Source: an uncultured Actinomycetota bacterium
GTDB taxonomy: Bacteria; Actinomycetota; Actinomycetes; JACCUZ01
Direction: 5' to 3'
Length of the DNA: 64,000 nucleotides
Assembly: GCA_963846525.1 (NCBI GenBank)
Contig: CAWJWE010000008.1
Coordinates: 2,319-66,318, forward strand
The notes beneath the pieces were generated by a model that searched no databases, was not told the DNA's origin, and saw only the letters and a program-made list of their open reading frames with translations. Both the position numbers and the translations under genes were made by a program. Shown here in pieces: positions 11,917 through 23,042 of this stretch; positions within the stretch are counted from its first letter, which is position 1; each line of letters starts with the position of its first letter.

Positions 11917-12830
11917 GTGTACGAGCAGATCGCCGCGAACAAGCGCAAGACGTTCCTCCTGCTGTTCGTGGGCGATCGTCTTCCTGGTCGCGATCGGGGC
12001 GGTGATCGGCTACCTGTGGGGCGCCGGGCCGTACGGCGCGATCATCGCGCTCGTGGTGGCCGGCGTGTTGTCGGTGGTGTCGTACTTCAACGGGGACAAG
12101 CTCGTCCTGGCGTCGACCCGGGCGAAGGCCGTGACGCCCCAGGACGAGCCCCGACTGCACAACGTCGTCGAGGGACTCGCGATCGCGGCCGGGATCCCGA
12201 AGCCGCGGGTCTACGTCGTGCCCGAGCAGGCCCCCAACGCCTTCGCGACCGGCCGTGACCCGGAGCATTCGTCGATCGCGGTGACGCAGGGCCTGCTCGC
12301 ATCGCTGAACCGCGTCGAGCTCGAAGGCGTGATCGGCCACGAGCTCGCCCACGTCCTGGACCGCGACATCCTCGTCGGCACGGTCGTGGCGACCGTCGTC
12401 GGCGCAGCCGTGCTGCTCTCGGAGTTCTTCATGCGCTCGTGGTTCTGGGGCGGGGTGGGGGGCCGCCGCGACAGCGACAGCGGCGGCGGAGGTGGGGTGG
12501 TCGGACTCGTCCTGCTCGTGGTCGGCCTGCTCCTGCTCCTCGTCGCCCCGATCGCCGGACAGATCATCAGGCTGTCGGTCTCGCGCAACCGCGAGTACCT
12601 CGCCGACGCCCAGGGCGTGATGCTCACCCGCTACCCGCCGGGACTTGATCGGGGCGCTCGAGAAGATCGCGGCCTCGCCGACGGCGATGCACTCGGCGAA
12701 CAATGCCACGGCGCACCTGTGGCTGAACCAGCCCTCACGGATCGAGGGGGAGCGGATGGGCTCGCTCGAGCGCCTGTTCAGCACCCACCCGCCGATCGCG
12801 GATCGGATCCGGCGCCTGCAGGAGATGTGA
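11917..12830 (+). pseudogene. htpX: M48 family zinc protease HtpX; 2 frameshifts as assembled
   Basis: GTG 11917 directly follows the lemA stop. HELAH zinc motif (GVIGHELAHVLDRD), NREYLADAQG, and C-terminal piece ORF 12645..12830 (FSTHPPIADRIRRLQEM). Shifts near ~11975 and ~12645. Confidence 0.85.
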
Positions 12831-12884
12831 CCCAGGTCGCTCGAGGTTCGCAGGACCGATCCTGCAGGTGGCGGCGGTAGACTG

Positions 12885-13802
12885 GTGCTTCCGGCAGCAT
12901 CGATCGAGGAGGCGATACCCGTGCAGCGCGAGACCGGCACCTTCACCGTGAAGTCCGGCCTGGCCGAGATGCTCAAGGGTGGCGTGATCATGGACGTCAC
13001 CACGGCGGACCAGGCGAAGATCGCCGAGGACGCAGGCGCGTGCGCCGTGATGGCGCTCGAGCGCGTCCCCGCCGACATCCGCCGTGACGGCGGCGTCGCA
13101 CGGATGGCCGACGCCACGAAGGTCGAGGAGATCCAGCAGGCGGTCACGATCCCGGTGATGGCCAAGGCGAGGATCGGCCACTTCGTGGAGGCGCAGATCC
13201 TGCAGGCCCTGGGCGTCGACTACATCGACGAGTCCGAGGTCCTCACCCCCGCCGACGAGGAGTTCCACATCGACAAGTGGGCGTTCACGGTCCCGTTCGT
13301 GTGCGGGGCTCGCAACCTCGGAGAGGCCCTGCGACGGATCGGCGAGGGCGCCGCGATGATCCGCACGAAGGGCGAGGCCGGCACGGGCAACGTCGTCGAG
13401 GCGGTTCGCCACGAGCGGCAGATCCTCCGCGACATCGCCGAGTGCACGACGCTTCGGCCCGAGCAGGTCGTCACGAAGGCCAAGGAGCTGGGCGCGCCGG
13501 TCGAGCTCGTCCGGATGGTCGCCGAGCAGGGACGCTTGCCGGTCGTGAACTTCAGCGCCGGCGGCATCGCGACCCCTGCCGACGCGGCGCTCATGATGCA
13601 GCTGGGTGTGGACGGCGTCTTCGTCGGCTCGGGCATCTTCAAGTCGGAGGACCCGGCCACGATGGCGCGCGCGGTCGTGGAGGCCACGACCCACTTCCAG
13701 GACCCCGACGTCCTGGCGAAGCTCTCGCACGGGCTGGGCGACCCGATGAAGGGCCAGGAGATCGCGATGCTGGAGACGCGCCTGGCCGAGCGCGGCTGGT
13801 AG
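12885..13802 (+). CDS. pdxS: pyridoxal 5'-phosphate synthase lyase subunit PdxS
   Basis: Intact. [64 protein letters not shown]. An alternative GTG start lies at 12921. Confidence 0.95.
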   Translation: MLPAASIEEAIPVQRETGTFTVKSGLAEMLKGGVIMDVTTADQAKIAEDAGACAVMALERVPADIRRDGGVARMADATKVEEIQQAVTIPVMAKARIGHFVEAQILQALGVDYIDESEVLTPADEEFHIDKWAFTVPFVCGARNLGEALRRIGEGAAMIRTKGEAGTGNVVEAVRHERQILRDIAECTTLRPEQVVTKAKELGAPVELVRMVAEQGRLPVVNFSAGGIATPADAALMMQLGVDGVFVGSGIFKSEDPATMARAVVEATTHFQDPDVLAKLSHGLGDPMKGQEIAMLETRLAERGW

Positions 13803-13817
13803 CCCGGCCGCGTCGCG

Positions 13818-14012
13818 ATGGTCAAAGCCGGGGTCCTCGCGCTGCAGGGTGACTTCCGCGAGCACGCGAGCGTCTTCGATGCGCTCGGGGCGAGCCCCGT
13901 CGAGGTTCGCACCGCCGAGCAGCTCGCGGACATCGACGTGTTGGCGATCCCCGGTGGCGAGTCCACGACGATCACGAAACGCTGGTCGGGTGAGGCGGGC
14001 CACGGGGCGTGA
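13818..14012 (+). pseudogene. pdxT: PdxT glutaminase subunit; N-terminal fragment only (~55 codons)
   Basis: [25 protein letters not shown]...[11 protein letters not shown] matches the PdxT N-terminus. The catalytic Cys, His and Glu regions are absent. The frame ends 7 nt from the 3' end of a convergent gene. Confidence 0.7.
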
Positions 14013-14018
14013 GCCGTC

Positions 14019-14757
14019 CTACTCGTCGCTGGTGAGCCGCAGCGCTGCGCAGCCGCCAGCCGGCGTACCAGGTGGACCCGACGATGACGACCAGCAGCAG
14101 CGGGACGGCCGCGCCGAGGCCGACGGCCGAGGTGACACCGAGCTGCTCCGCGTCCGAGCCCGACCACCTTCTCGGTGATCGCGAGCGACCACTGCTGGAT
14201 GCTCAGCGCCTGCGCCCCGGGCACGAAGCTGCCGACCAGGGTCTCCCAGATCAGCGCGTAGAGCAGCCCGACCACGACGGCGTGCCGGGTCAGGACCGCC
14301 AGCAGCAGGAACAACGCGCCGTAGGCGATGCCGGCGACCAGCGCGCCGACCGCGTAGCCGACGGCCAGGTCGTCCGACGTCCCGGACAGGACCAGCCCGG
14401 CGACGCAGCATCGGTGACCGCGCCGAACACGGTGACGACGGCGATCGCCACCACCAGCTTGGTGAGGACGATCGAGGACCGGCTCAGCGGCTTGGACAGC
14501 AGGTAGACGATCGAGCCGTCGTCGATCTCCGGGCCCGATCGAGCCCGGTGCCGGCGATCAGGCCGAGCAGCGGCACGATCGGTGGCGAGCGCGAAGCCGC
14601 CGAGGATGCCGACGGTGATGTCGGTGTCCTGACCGGCGAGCGCCGCGGACGAGCGCGGACAGCACGCAGCAGGATGCAGCGGACAGCGCCAGGAGCAGGA
14701 GGCCCGGCGCCGGCCGAGCAGGCTGCGGGCGGTGAGCTGGGCGACGGTCGCGTTCAT
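14019..14757 (-). pseudogene. ABC-2 type transporter permease (second of two); frameshifted
   Basis: ATG 14757 overlaps the upstream ATPase stop (ATGA). Fragments: MNATVAQLTARSLLGRRR, DGSIVYLLSKPLSRSSIVLTKLVVAIAVV, FLLLAVLTRHAVVVGLLYALIWETLVGSFVPGAQALSIQQWS. Reconstructed end ...LRLTSDE*. Confidence 0.7.
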
Positions 14758-15728
14758 CGCGCCACCAGGTAGGAGAAGACGCTCTCCAGCGACTCGTCGG
14801 CGGGCGAGACCTCGTACAGCCGGATGCCGTGCCGGCTGGCGAGCTGCGGCAGCACCCGCACGAAGCTGGCGAAGTCGGTGGCCTGCACGTGCAGCGCGCT
14901 CGGTCCCGTCCCGGGTGCCGGTGGTGGGCCCGCCGCGGCTGACCTGCCGACCGCCGGTGGGGGCGGCGACCAGCTCGACCGCGGACGCGCTGGCGTCGGC
15001 GATGATCGCCGCCGCCAGCGCCCGGTCGTCGTCGGAGCGGATCGTGTACTGGTGCGGGCGCTCGGTCATCAGCCGCCGGATCTCGCGGAAGTCGCCGGAG
15101 GCGGCGTGCCGGCCGGCGACCATCACCTGGATGTTGCCGGCGATCTGCTCGACCTCCTCGAGGATGTGCGAGCTGAACAGCACCGTGCGGCCGGCGTCGC
15201 CCATCGTCTGCAGCAGGTCCATCAGCTGCAGCCGCTGGCGCGGGTCCATGCCGTTGAACGGCTCGTCGAGCAGCAGCACCGGCGGGTCGTGCACCAGCGC
15301 CGTCGCCATCTTGATGCGCTGCTTCATGCCCTTGGAGTACGTCGAGATGTCGCGGTCCTGCGCGTCGGTCATCTCCACGGTCTCGATCGCCCGTCGGGCC
15401 GCGGCCTCCGGGTCGGCGAGCCGGTGCAGCTTGGCGTTGGCGAGCACGAACTCCCAGCCGGTGAGGACGTCGTACATCGCCTCGCGCTCGGGGACCAGGC
15501 CGATCCGGCGGTAGATCTCCTCGTTGCGCCAGACGACCTCGCCGTCGAGGGTGACGGTGCCGGCGACGGGGGCAGGAAGCCGCCCATCATGTGGATCAGC
15601 GTGGACTTGCCGGCGCCGTTCGGCCCGAGCAGCCCGGTGACGCCGGGGCCGATCGTCATGGTCACGTCGTTGACCGCGACGACGTTGCCGAACCAGCGCG
15701 ACACGTTGTCCAGGAGCAGGGTGCTCAC
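14754..15728 (-). pseudogene. ABC transporter ATP-binding protein (second of two); 2 frameshifts
   Basis: GTG 15728. [61 protein letters not shown]. The C-terminal LYEVSPADESLESVFSYLVAR* lies in another frame. Confidence 0.85.
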
Positions 15729-16614
15729 TAGATCGAGACCTTCCGGTAGCGGAGCAGCAGGGCGCCGAAGCAGGCCGCGACGACCAGGACGGTGGCGGCG
15801 ACGAACACCAGCGCCGCCGAGCGCGCCCGGGCGGCTCGGCCTGCAGCACCTCTCGGCGCCGAGCACCGAGGACATGCACGCCGTGGACCAGGGTGAACGG
15901 CGAGAACAGCCCGGCGTACCCGGCGAAGGTGTCCGCGCCCTCCTCGACCGCGATCGCCTGCACGGCGCCCTGGACCCCGGCCAGCACGGCCAGCACCGCG
16001 ATGATGGCCGCGACCCCGAGGCCGCGGCGCGGCGTGAACGCGGCGATGACCAGGCCGATGCCGGCGAGCACCAGTGCGACGAGCAGCGCGCCGACCAGCG
16101 ACCGCAGGTAGTCGGGCACCTGCTCGTCCGAGCGGCAGCTTCGGCCAGCAGCGCGCCGACGAACATGATCGTCAGCGGCAGCGGCCAGCAGCACGAACAG
16201 CGCCGAGGCCATCGCGGCGTACTTGGCCAGGACGTAGTCGACGCGCTCCAGCGGCCGGGAGAAGTACAGCGACACGACCCGGAACCGCAGGTCGCGCGAC
16301 ACGCTCGCCGGCGCCTGGCCCGCGACGTAGATCATCACCACAGGCTGCACGTTGAGGACGTAGGAGGTGTAGTCGCCGGGCAGCTCGTCGGCGTTGGTCA
16401 CGGTCGCGATGACCACGATGATGACCGCGGGCAGGCAGATCGCGGCGAGCAGCAGCATCGGCATGACCTTGGACTTGGCGGACCGGCCCAGGCCGTAGGC
16501 GCCCTTCGCGCTCTCCAGGAACAGCGCGCGCGCGATGTAGCGGCGGCCCGGCCGCGGGCCGTCGTAGTGCCGGTAGCCGAGGTCGTGGATGACCCCCTGG
16601 TCCGGTCGTCGCCA

Positions 16615-16618
<4 letters not shown>
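15728..16618 (-). pseudogene. ABC-2 type transporter permease (first of two); frameshifted
   Basis: ATGATG at 16618-16613. N-terminus DQGVIHDLGYRHYDGPRPGRRYIARALF after a 1-nt shift, then MPMLLLAAICLPAVIIVV...RFRVVSLYFSRPLERVDYVLAKY. End ...LLRYRKVSI* abuts the next GTG. Confidence 0.7.
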
Positions 16619-17526
<908 letters not shown>

Positions 17527-17736
17527 GCCCCGACACTACGCAACCGGGATGGTCGAGCGTCTCAGGTCGCGGCCTCGACCGGGCAGAAGGTGTCGCCGGA
17601 TACGCGTCCCGTCGCCGGAAAGTTGCTGGTGAGAGGCCCGGGGAGGTCCGGGAAGGAGTACGGTTTTCAGCGCAGACACCCCTGCTGCCGCCCCGGACCC
17701 CGGCGTCCATCGCCCAGGTGCGAGAGCTGGCGGATC

Positions 17737-18108
17737 ATGACGATCCATTCCCAAGAACAAATGCGGCTGTCTATCACCAGACCACGCGACTCCAACGTGG
17801 TCTTCGTCCGGATCGTCGGTGACGTCGACCTTTCCGATGCCAAGGCCCTCGGCGTGGCTGCGCGGCAGCTGCTGGAAGCCCCCGGGAGCGTCACCTACGT
17901 CGACCTCGGCGGCGCGACCCTGATGGGGTCGACGCTGGTCGCCTTCCTGATGCATCTCGCCGACGCCCGCGGCCAGATCCAGCGGCCGCTGGTGCTGTGT
18001 CGCCCGACGCCGCTGGGCGACCGGGTCATCCGGATCACCGGGCTGGACATGGTGGCCGAGGTACGACCCGACCTCCCGTCGGACTGGCCGGAGGTCGCGC
18101 TGGTCTGA
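17737..18108 (+). CDS. STAS domain protein (anti-sigma factor antagonist-like)
   Basis: ATG 17737 in frame with ORF 17323..18108. VVFVRIVGDVDLSDAKALGVAARQLL...VTYVDLGGATLMGSTLVAFL...LVLCRPTPLGDRVIRITGL is typical SpoIIAA/RsbV topology. Confidence 0.8.
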   Translation: MTIHSQEQMRLSITRPRDSNVVFVRIVGDVDLSDAKALGVAARQLLEAPGSVTYVDLGGATLMGSTLVAFLMHLADARGQIQRPLVLCRPTPLGDRVIRITGLDMVAEVRPDLPSDWPEVALV

Positions 18109-18117
18109 TCGCCGCCG

Positions 18118-18528
18118 TCAGCGGCTCGCCCCGGCGTGCAGCCGGGCCAGCACGGCGTGGGCGTAGGCCGTCGCCGGGTCGGCACCGGTCGTCCGGACCT
18201 CGCCTTCGCCGTCGGCCACCACGACGGCGAAGTCCTCCGTCGCGCGTTCCAGCCGGCGGAACGACGGGCCGAGCCAGTCGCGCAGCTGGTCCTCGGCCGG
18301 CAGCCACAGGGCGTCGTCCTGGTCGAGCGAGTCCAGCGCCCACTCGGTGGTGCCGTTGAAGGCGATCACCGGGCCGGTGGGGAACGAGCGCACCTCGACC
18401 GTCATGTCACTGAGGACGAACACCTGGTCGTCCATCCCGCGGTCGGCGACGACGAACCGGTCGCCGGCAGCAGGGACCCAGACGAGGCCGGCGTCGCGGA
18501 GCGCCCGGGCGAGCGGTACGGAGATCAC
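18118..18528 (-). CDS. hypothetical protein
   Basis: 136-aa ORF with coding-like composition, filling the gap between the STAS and DUF72 genes. No motif recognised. Confidence 0.5.
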   Translation of the reverse strand: MISVPLARALRDAGLVWVPAAGDRFVVADRGMDDQVFVLSDMTVEVRSFPTGPVIAFNGTTEWALDSLDQDDALWLPAEDQLRDWLGPSFRRLERATEDFAVVVADGEGEVRTTGADPATAYAHAVLARLHAGASR

Positions 18529-18559
18529 GTCCGACGGTAACCCGACCTAGCCTGGGCTG

Positions 18560-19375
18560 GTGGGCGGCAGCGCGCGGGTGGGCATCTCGGGGTGGAACTA
18601 CCCGCCGTGGCGTGGGGTGTTCTACCCGCCCGGGCTGCCGCAGCGGCTCGAGCTGGAGCACGCGGCCAGCCTGCTGAGCACCATCGAGGTCAACGGCTCC
18701 TTCTACGCGCTGCAGAAGCCGGAGAGCTTCCGGGCCTGGCACGACCGGACCCCGCCGGACTTCCTGTTCTCCGTCAAGGGCGGCCGCTTCGTCACGCACA
18801 TGAAGAAGCTGCGCGGCGTCGAGGTCCCGCTGGCCAACTTCTTCGCCTCCGGCGTGCTCGCTCTCGGCGCCAAGCTCGGACCGTTGCTCTGGCAGCTGCC
18901 GCCGAACCTGGGGTACGACGAGGCGCGGCTGGCCGACTTCTTCGCGCTGCTTCCTCGGACGACCACGGCGGCGGCCGCACTGGCCGCCGGGCACGACGAG
19001 CGGGTCGAGGGGAGGGCCTGGCTGACGACCGACGCGGACCGGCCGCTGCGGCACGCACTCGAGGTGCGGCACCCGACGTACGAGAACCCACGGTTCCTGC
19101 CCCTGCTCCGGGAGCACGGCATCGCGGTCGTCACCGCGGACACCGCGGGGAAGTGGCCGCTGTTCCTGGAGCCGACCGCCCAGCACGCCTACGTCCGGCT
19201 GCACGGGGACGCCGAGCTCTACGTCAGCGGCTACTCCGACGAGGCCCTGGACACCTGGGCGGCGCGGGTCAGGCAGTGGCGCGACGAGGGGCGCGACGTG
19301 GTCGCCTACTTCGACAACGACGTCAAGGTGCACGCCCCGTACGACGCGCAGCGGCTGGCCGCCCGGCTGGGTTGA
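18560..19375 (+). CDS. DUF72 domain-containing protein
   Basis: Intact. GISGWNYPPWRGVFYP, IEVNGSFYALQKPESF, FSVKGGRFVTH, LGPLLWQLPPN and YVRLHG are characteristic of the DUF72/YecE family. Confidence 0.9.
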   Translation: MGGSARVGISGWNYPPWRGVFYPPGLPQRLELEHAASLLSTIEVNGSFYALQKPESFRAWHDRTPPDFLFSVKGGRFVTHMKKLRGVEVPLANFFASGVLALGAKLGPLLWQLPPNLGYDEARLADFFALLPRTTTAAAALAAGHDERVEGRAWLTTDADRPLRHALEVRHPTYENPRFLPLLREHGIAVVTADTAGKWPLFLEPTAQHAYVRLHGDAELYVSGYSDEALDTWAARVRQWRDEGRDVVAYFDNDVKVHAPYDAQRLAARLG

Positions 19376-19418
19376 CGTCCCGGGGAATGAATGTATGCTG
19401 CAACCAGTTAGATGAGGC

Positions 19419-19979
19419 ATGCAAGCAGTTGCGCCGGTGAACCAGCATCCGCCCCAGCCTCCGGAGGACCCCGTGACCGTCGGTCCCGACAGCGTGAGCG
19501 CTCTCGGCGAGCAGGTGATCCGCCTCCAGCGGGCCTTCGCCGGGATGCGTCAACAGCTCGTCGCCAGCCGCAGCACCAGCGGCGACGGCGTCGAGTGGGC
19601 GGCCTACGGCCTGCTCTTCCAGCTGGTCAACGACGGGCCGCGGCGCAGCTCGGCGCTCGCCGAGACGGCGTGCGTCGACCCCTCGACGGTGAGCCGCCAG
19701 GTCGCCCAGCTGGTCAAGGCCGGGCTGGTCGAGCGGCAGTCCGACCCGGAGGACGGGCGGGCCAGCCTGCTCGTCGCCACCGAGCGCGGGCGGACGGCCT
19801 ACGCCGCCAAGCAGGAGCACCGGCAGCGGATGTTCGCCCGCCTCCTCGAGGGCTGGCCGGCCGACGACGTCGACGCCCTGACCGCCCTCCTCGAACGCTT
19901 CAACGACAGCTTCATCGAGCAGCGCAGCGCGCTGACCGACATCGCGCAGAGCCACGCCTCCCAGGAGCACGCCTCATGA
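19419..19979 (+). CDS. MarR family transcriptional regulator
   Basis: Winged-helix core GPRRSSALAETACVDPSTVSRQVAQLVKAGLVERQSDPEDGRASLLVATERG. The stop overlaps the start of the MFS gene (ATGA). Confidence 0.85.
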   Translation: MQAVAPVNQHPPQPPEDPVTVGPDSVSALGEQVIRLQRAFAGMRQQLVASRSTSGDGVEWAAYGLLFQLVNDGPRRSSALAETACVDPSTVSRQVAQLVKAGLVERQSDPEDGRASLLVATERGRTAYAAKQEHRQRMFARLLEGWPADDVDALTALLERFNDSFIEQRSALTDIAQSHASQEHAS

Positions 19980-21827
19980 GCAACGACCCCACGAAGTCCG
20001 CCGGCGCGGCCACGGCACAGAGCCCGGCGTCCGGCGAGCTGAGCCACCGGCAGATCCTGACGATCCTGTCCGGGCTGATGGCCGGGATGTTCCTCGCCGC
20101 GCTGGACCAGACGATCGTGGCGACGTCGATCCGCACCATCGCCGACGACCTGCAGGGCCTGTCGGTGCAGGCCTGGGTCACGACCGCCTACCTCATCACC
20201 GCCACGATCAGCACGCCGCTCTACGGCAAGCTCTCCGACCTCTACGGCCGACGGCCGTTCTTCCTCGCGGCCATCTCGATCTTCGTGCTCGGCTCCGCGC
20301 TGAGCGGCTTCGCCACCTCGATGACCGAGCTCGCGGCGTTCCGCGCGTTCCAGGGGCTCGGCGCCGGCGGCCTGTTCTCGCTGGCGCTGACGATCATCGG
20401 CGACATCGTGCCGCCGCGTGAGCGCGCGAAGTACCAGGGCTACTTCCTCGCGGTCTTCGGCACGTCCAGCGTGCTCGGTCCGGTCGTCGGTGGCTTCTTC
20501 GCCGGCCAGGACAGCATCCTCGGCGTCACCGGCTGGCGCTGGGTCTTCCTGGTCAACGTCCCGGTCGGCATCGGCGCGCTGCTGCTCGTCATGCGCAGCC
20601 TGCACCTGCCGCACACCCGCAGGGACCACCGGATCGACTGGCCGGGCGCGCTCGCGCTGGTCGTCGGGCTGGTGCCGCTGCTGCTGGTCGCCGAGCAGGG
20701 CCGCGAGTGGGGCTGGACCTCGGGCCCGGCGATCGCGTCCTACCTGGTCGGCGCCCTCGGCATCGCGGCCTTCGTGGCGGCGGAGACCCGGTACGGCGAC
20801 GACGCGCTGATCCCGCTGCGGCTGTTCCGCGGCAGGACCTTCGGCATCGGGTCGCTGCTGAACTTCATCCTCGGCATGGGCATGTTCGGCGGCCTGGCCG
20901 CGCTCCCGCTGTACCTGCAGATCGTCAAGGGGGTCTCGCCCACCAAGGCCGGCCTGCTGCTGATCCCGCTGACCTTCGGCATCATGGCCGGCTCCATCGT
21001 CTCCGGCCAGATCATCTCCCGCACCGAGCGGTACAAGAAGTTCCCGATCATCGGCTCGGGGCTGCTGGTGCTGGCGCTCGCCGGACTCGGCCAGATCGGC
21101 GTCGACACCGAGCTGTGGGTCACGATGACGCTGGCCGCCGTCTTCGGGATCGGGCTCGGCTTCAACATGCAGCCGCTGACGCTCGCGGTGCAGAACGCCG
21201 TACCGCCCCAGGACATGGGAGTGGCCACCTCGTCGGCCACCTTCTTCCGGCAGATGGGCGGCACCCTGGGCACCGCGGTGTTCCTCTCGGTGCTGTTCTC
21301 CACGGTGGGCGACAAGATCGCGGCGGCGTTCCGCGCCGACGCGGCGACACCCGCCTTCCAGAGCGGCGCTGACCGACCCGCAGGTGCTGTCCGACCCGAC
21401 CAACAAGCGGGTGGTCGACGCGGTCACCGGCGGCGGAGGGCTGCCGAAGGGCGCGCTGGACGACACCTCGTTCCTGTCCCGGCTCGACGACCGGTTGGCC
21501 AGGCCGTTCCTCGAGGGCTTCACCGGCTCGATGGACCTGGTGTTCACCTCGGCTGCCGCAGTGGTGCTCGTCGCCTTCGTCGTGGTGTTCTTCCTGCCGG
21601 AGGAGAAGCTGCGCACGATGTCCGGCATCGAGGCCCGGCGCCAGGACGCCGCCGAGGCCGCAGATGCTGCGGCGGCTGACCTGGTCCCAGGTCATGACCC
21701 GGCCAGTCGGGCGGCATCGGTCTCGGCGCCGTCCAGCCAGATGGTCGATGGTGCGACCCTCGACGAGGCGGATCTGGACGAGGCCGCGGCTACGGCAGCT
21801 CGGGCCGCCGCACCTCGAGCGCGCTGA
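19976..21827 (+). pseudogene. MFS transporter, DHA2/EmrB-like (14-TMS type); 1 frameshift near ~21370
   Basis: LSGLMAGMFLAALDQTIVATSIRTIADDL, LYGKLSDLYGRRPFF, FQGLGAGG. The C-terminus continues in ORF 21384..21827. Confidence 0.85.
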
Positions 21828-22518
21828 GGGCTCGGTCGACCGCCGCCTCGACGTGCAGCCGGGTCGTCGGGAACACCGGGACCGGGCTGTCGTCCGGGCC
21901 GACGAGCAGCTCGATCTCGGTGCAGCCGTAGATCACGCCCTCGGCGCCGGCGTCGACCAGCCGACGGATGACCTGCCGGTAGATCTCGCGCGACTCCGGA
22001 CGGATCACGCCGAGGCACAGCTCCTGGTAGATGATGCGGTGCACGGCGGCCCGGTCCTCCTCGGACGGGACGAGCACGTCGAGGCCATGGCCGGCCAGCC
22101 GGTCGGCGTAGAACGGCTGGGACATGGTGAACCCGGTGCCCAGCAGCCCGACCCGGCGGACGCCGGCACCGAGGACGGCGGCAGCGGTGGTGTCGCCGAT
22201 GTGCAGGATCGGCAGGTCCACGGCGTCGGCCAGGGTGTCAGCGACCTTGTGCATCGTGTTCGTGCACAGCACCAGGAAGTCCGCTCCGCCCGCCTCGAGC
22301 GCGCGACACGCCTGGGTGAGCGCTGCCGCGGCGTCCTCCCACCGGCCCTCGGCCTGCATCCGCTCGATCGCGGCGAAGTCCACCGAGTACATCAGGCAGC
22401 GGGCGGAGTGCAGCCCCCCTCGCCGGTCCCGGACGCTCTCGTTGACCAGCCGGTAGTACTCCGCGGACGACTCCCAGCTCATGCCACCCAGGAACCCGAT
22501 GAGCTGCATCCAGATCAC
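21790..22518 (-). CDS. aspartate/glutamate racemase family protein
   Basis: Intact. IGFLGGMSWESSAEYY, two catalytic-Cys regions FLVLCTNTMH and VIYGCTEIELL. Confidence 0.85.
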   Translation of the reverse strand: MIWMQLIGFLGGMSWESSAEYYRLVNESVRDRRGGLHSARCLMYSVDFAAIERMQAEGRWEDAAAALTQACRALEAGGADFLVLCTNTMHKVADTLADAVDLPILHIGDTTAAAVLGAGVRRVGLLGTGFTMSQPFYADRLAGHGLDVLVPSEEDRAAVHRIIYQELCLGVIRPESREIYRQVIRRLVDAGAEGVIYGCTEIELLVGPDDSPVPVFPTTRLHVEAAVDRALSALEVRRPELP

Positions 22519-22566
22519 CCCTGCCTCGAGCAGCGCCGCCCCGCCGACGCTAGGGCAGTTCGGCGC

Positions 22567-22944
22567 TCAGCGGAGGACGAACCAGACGTTCTTGCCGTCC
22601 GCCACGGGGTCGACGCCCCAGTCGGCCGACATCTCGGCCACCAGGGCGAGTCCCCGGCCGCTCTCGTCGGTCTGCTGCGCGTCGCGCGCGGCGGGGAGCT
22701 CGGACGAGCCGTCGCGCACCCGGACCTGCAGGGTGTCCTCCGTGCAGTCGACGGCGACCACGACGGGAGGTCCGCCGTGCAGGACCGAGTTGGTCACCAG
22801 CTCGCTGACCATGAGCACCGCGTCGTCGAGGACCTCGCTGTGATGCTCGGCACAGGTGGCGCCGCGCAGGAACTCGCGGGCCAGCGCCGGAGCCTCCCGC
22901 GAGACCGGTAGCTCACGCTCCTGTCGCGGTGTGGTCTGGCACAT
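22567..22944 (-). CDS. RsbW-like anti-sigma regulatory factor (HATPase_c serine kinase fold)
   Basis: ATG 22944 within ORF 22567..23031. N-box MVSELVTNSVLHGG, VRVRDGS, G-box ESGRGLALVAEMSADWG. Confidence 0.75.
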   Translation of the reverse strand: MCQTTPRQERELPVSREAPALAREFLRGATCAEHHSEVLDDAVLMVSELVTNSVLHGGPPVVVAVDCTEDTLQVRVRDGSSELPAARDAQQTDESGRGLALVAEMSADWGVDPVADGKNVWFVLR

Positions 22945-23042
22945 GGCGGACGGCCTCCAAGACGTGGGGGTCGGCGCGCCAGGCGGGCGCCACCCCCCAG
23001 ACTGCCCAGGACCTCGCCGGGTGAACCCCACTTCCGCGACGA

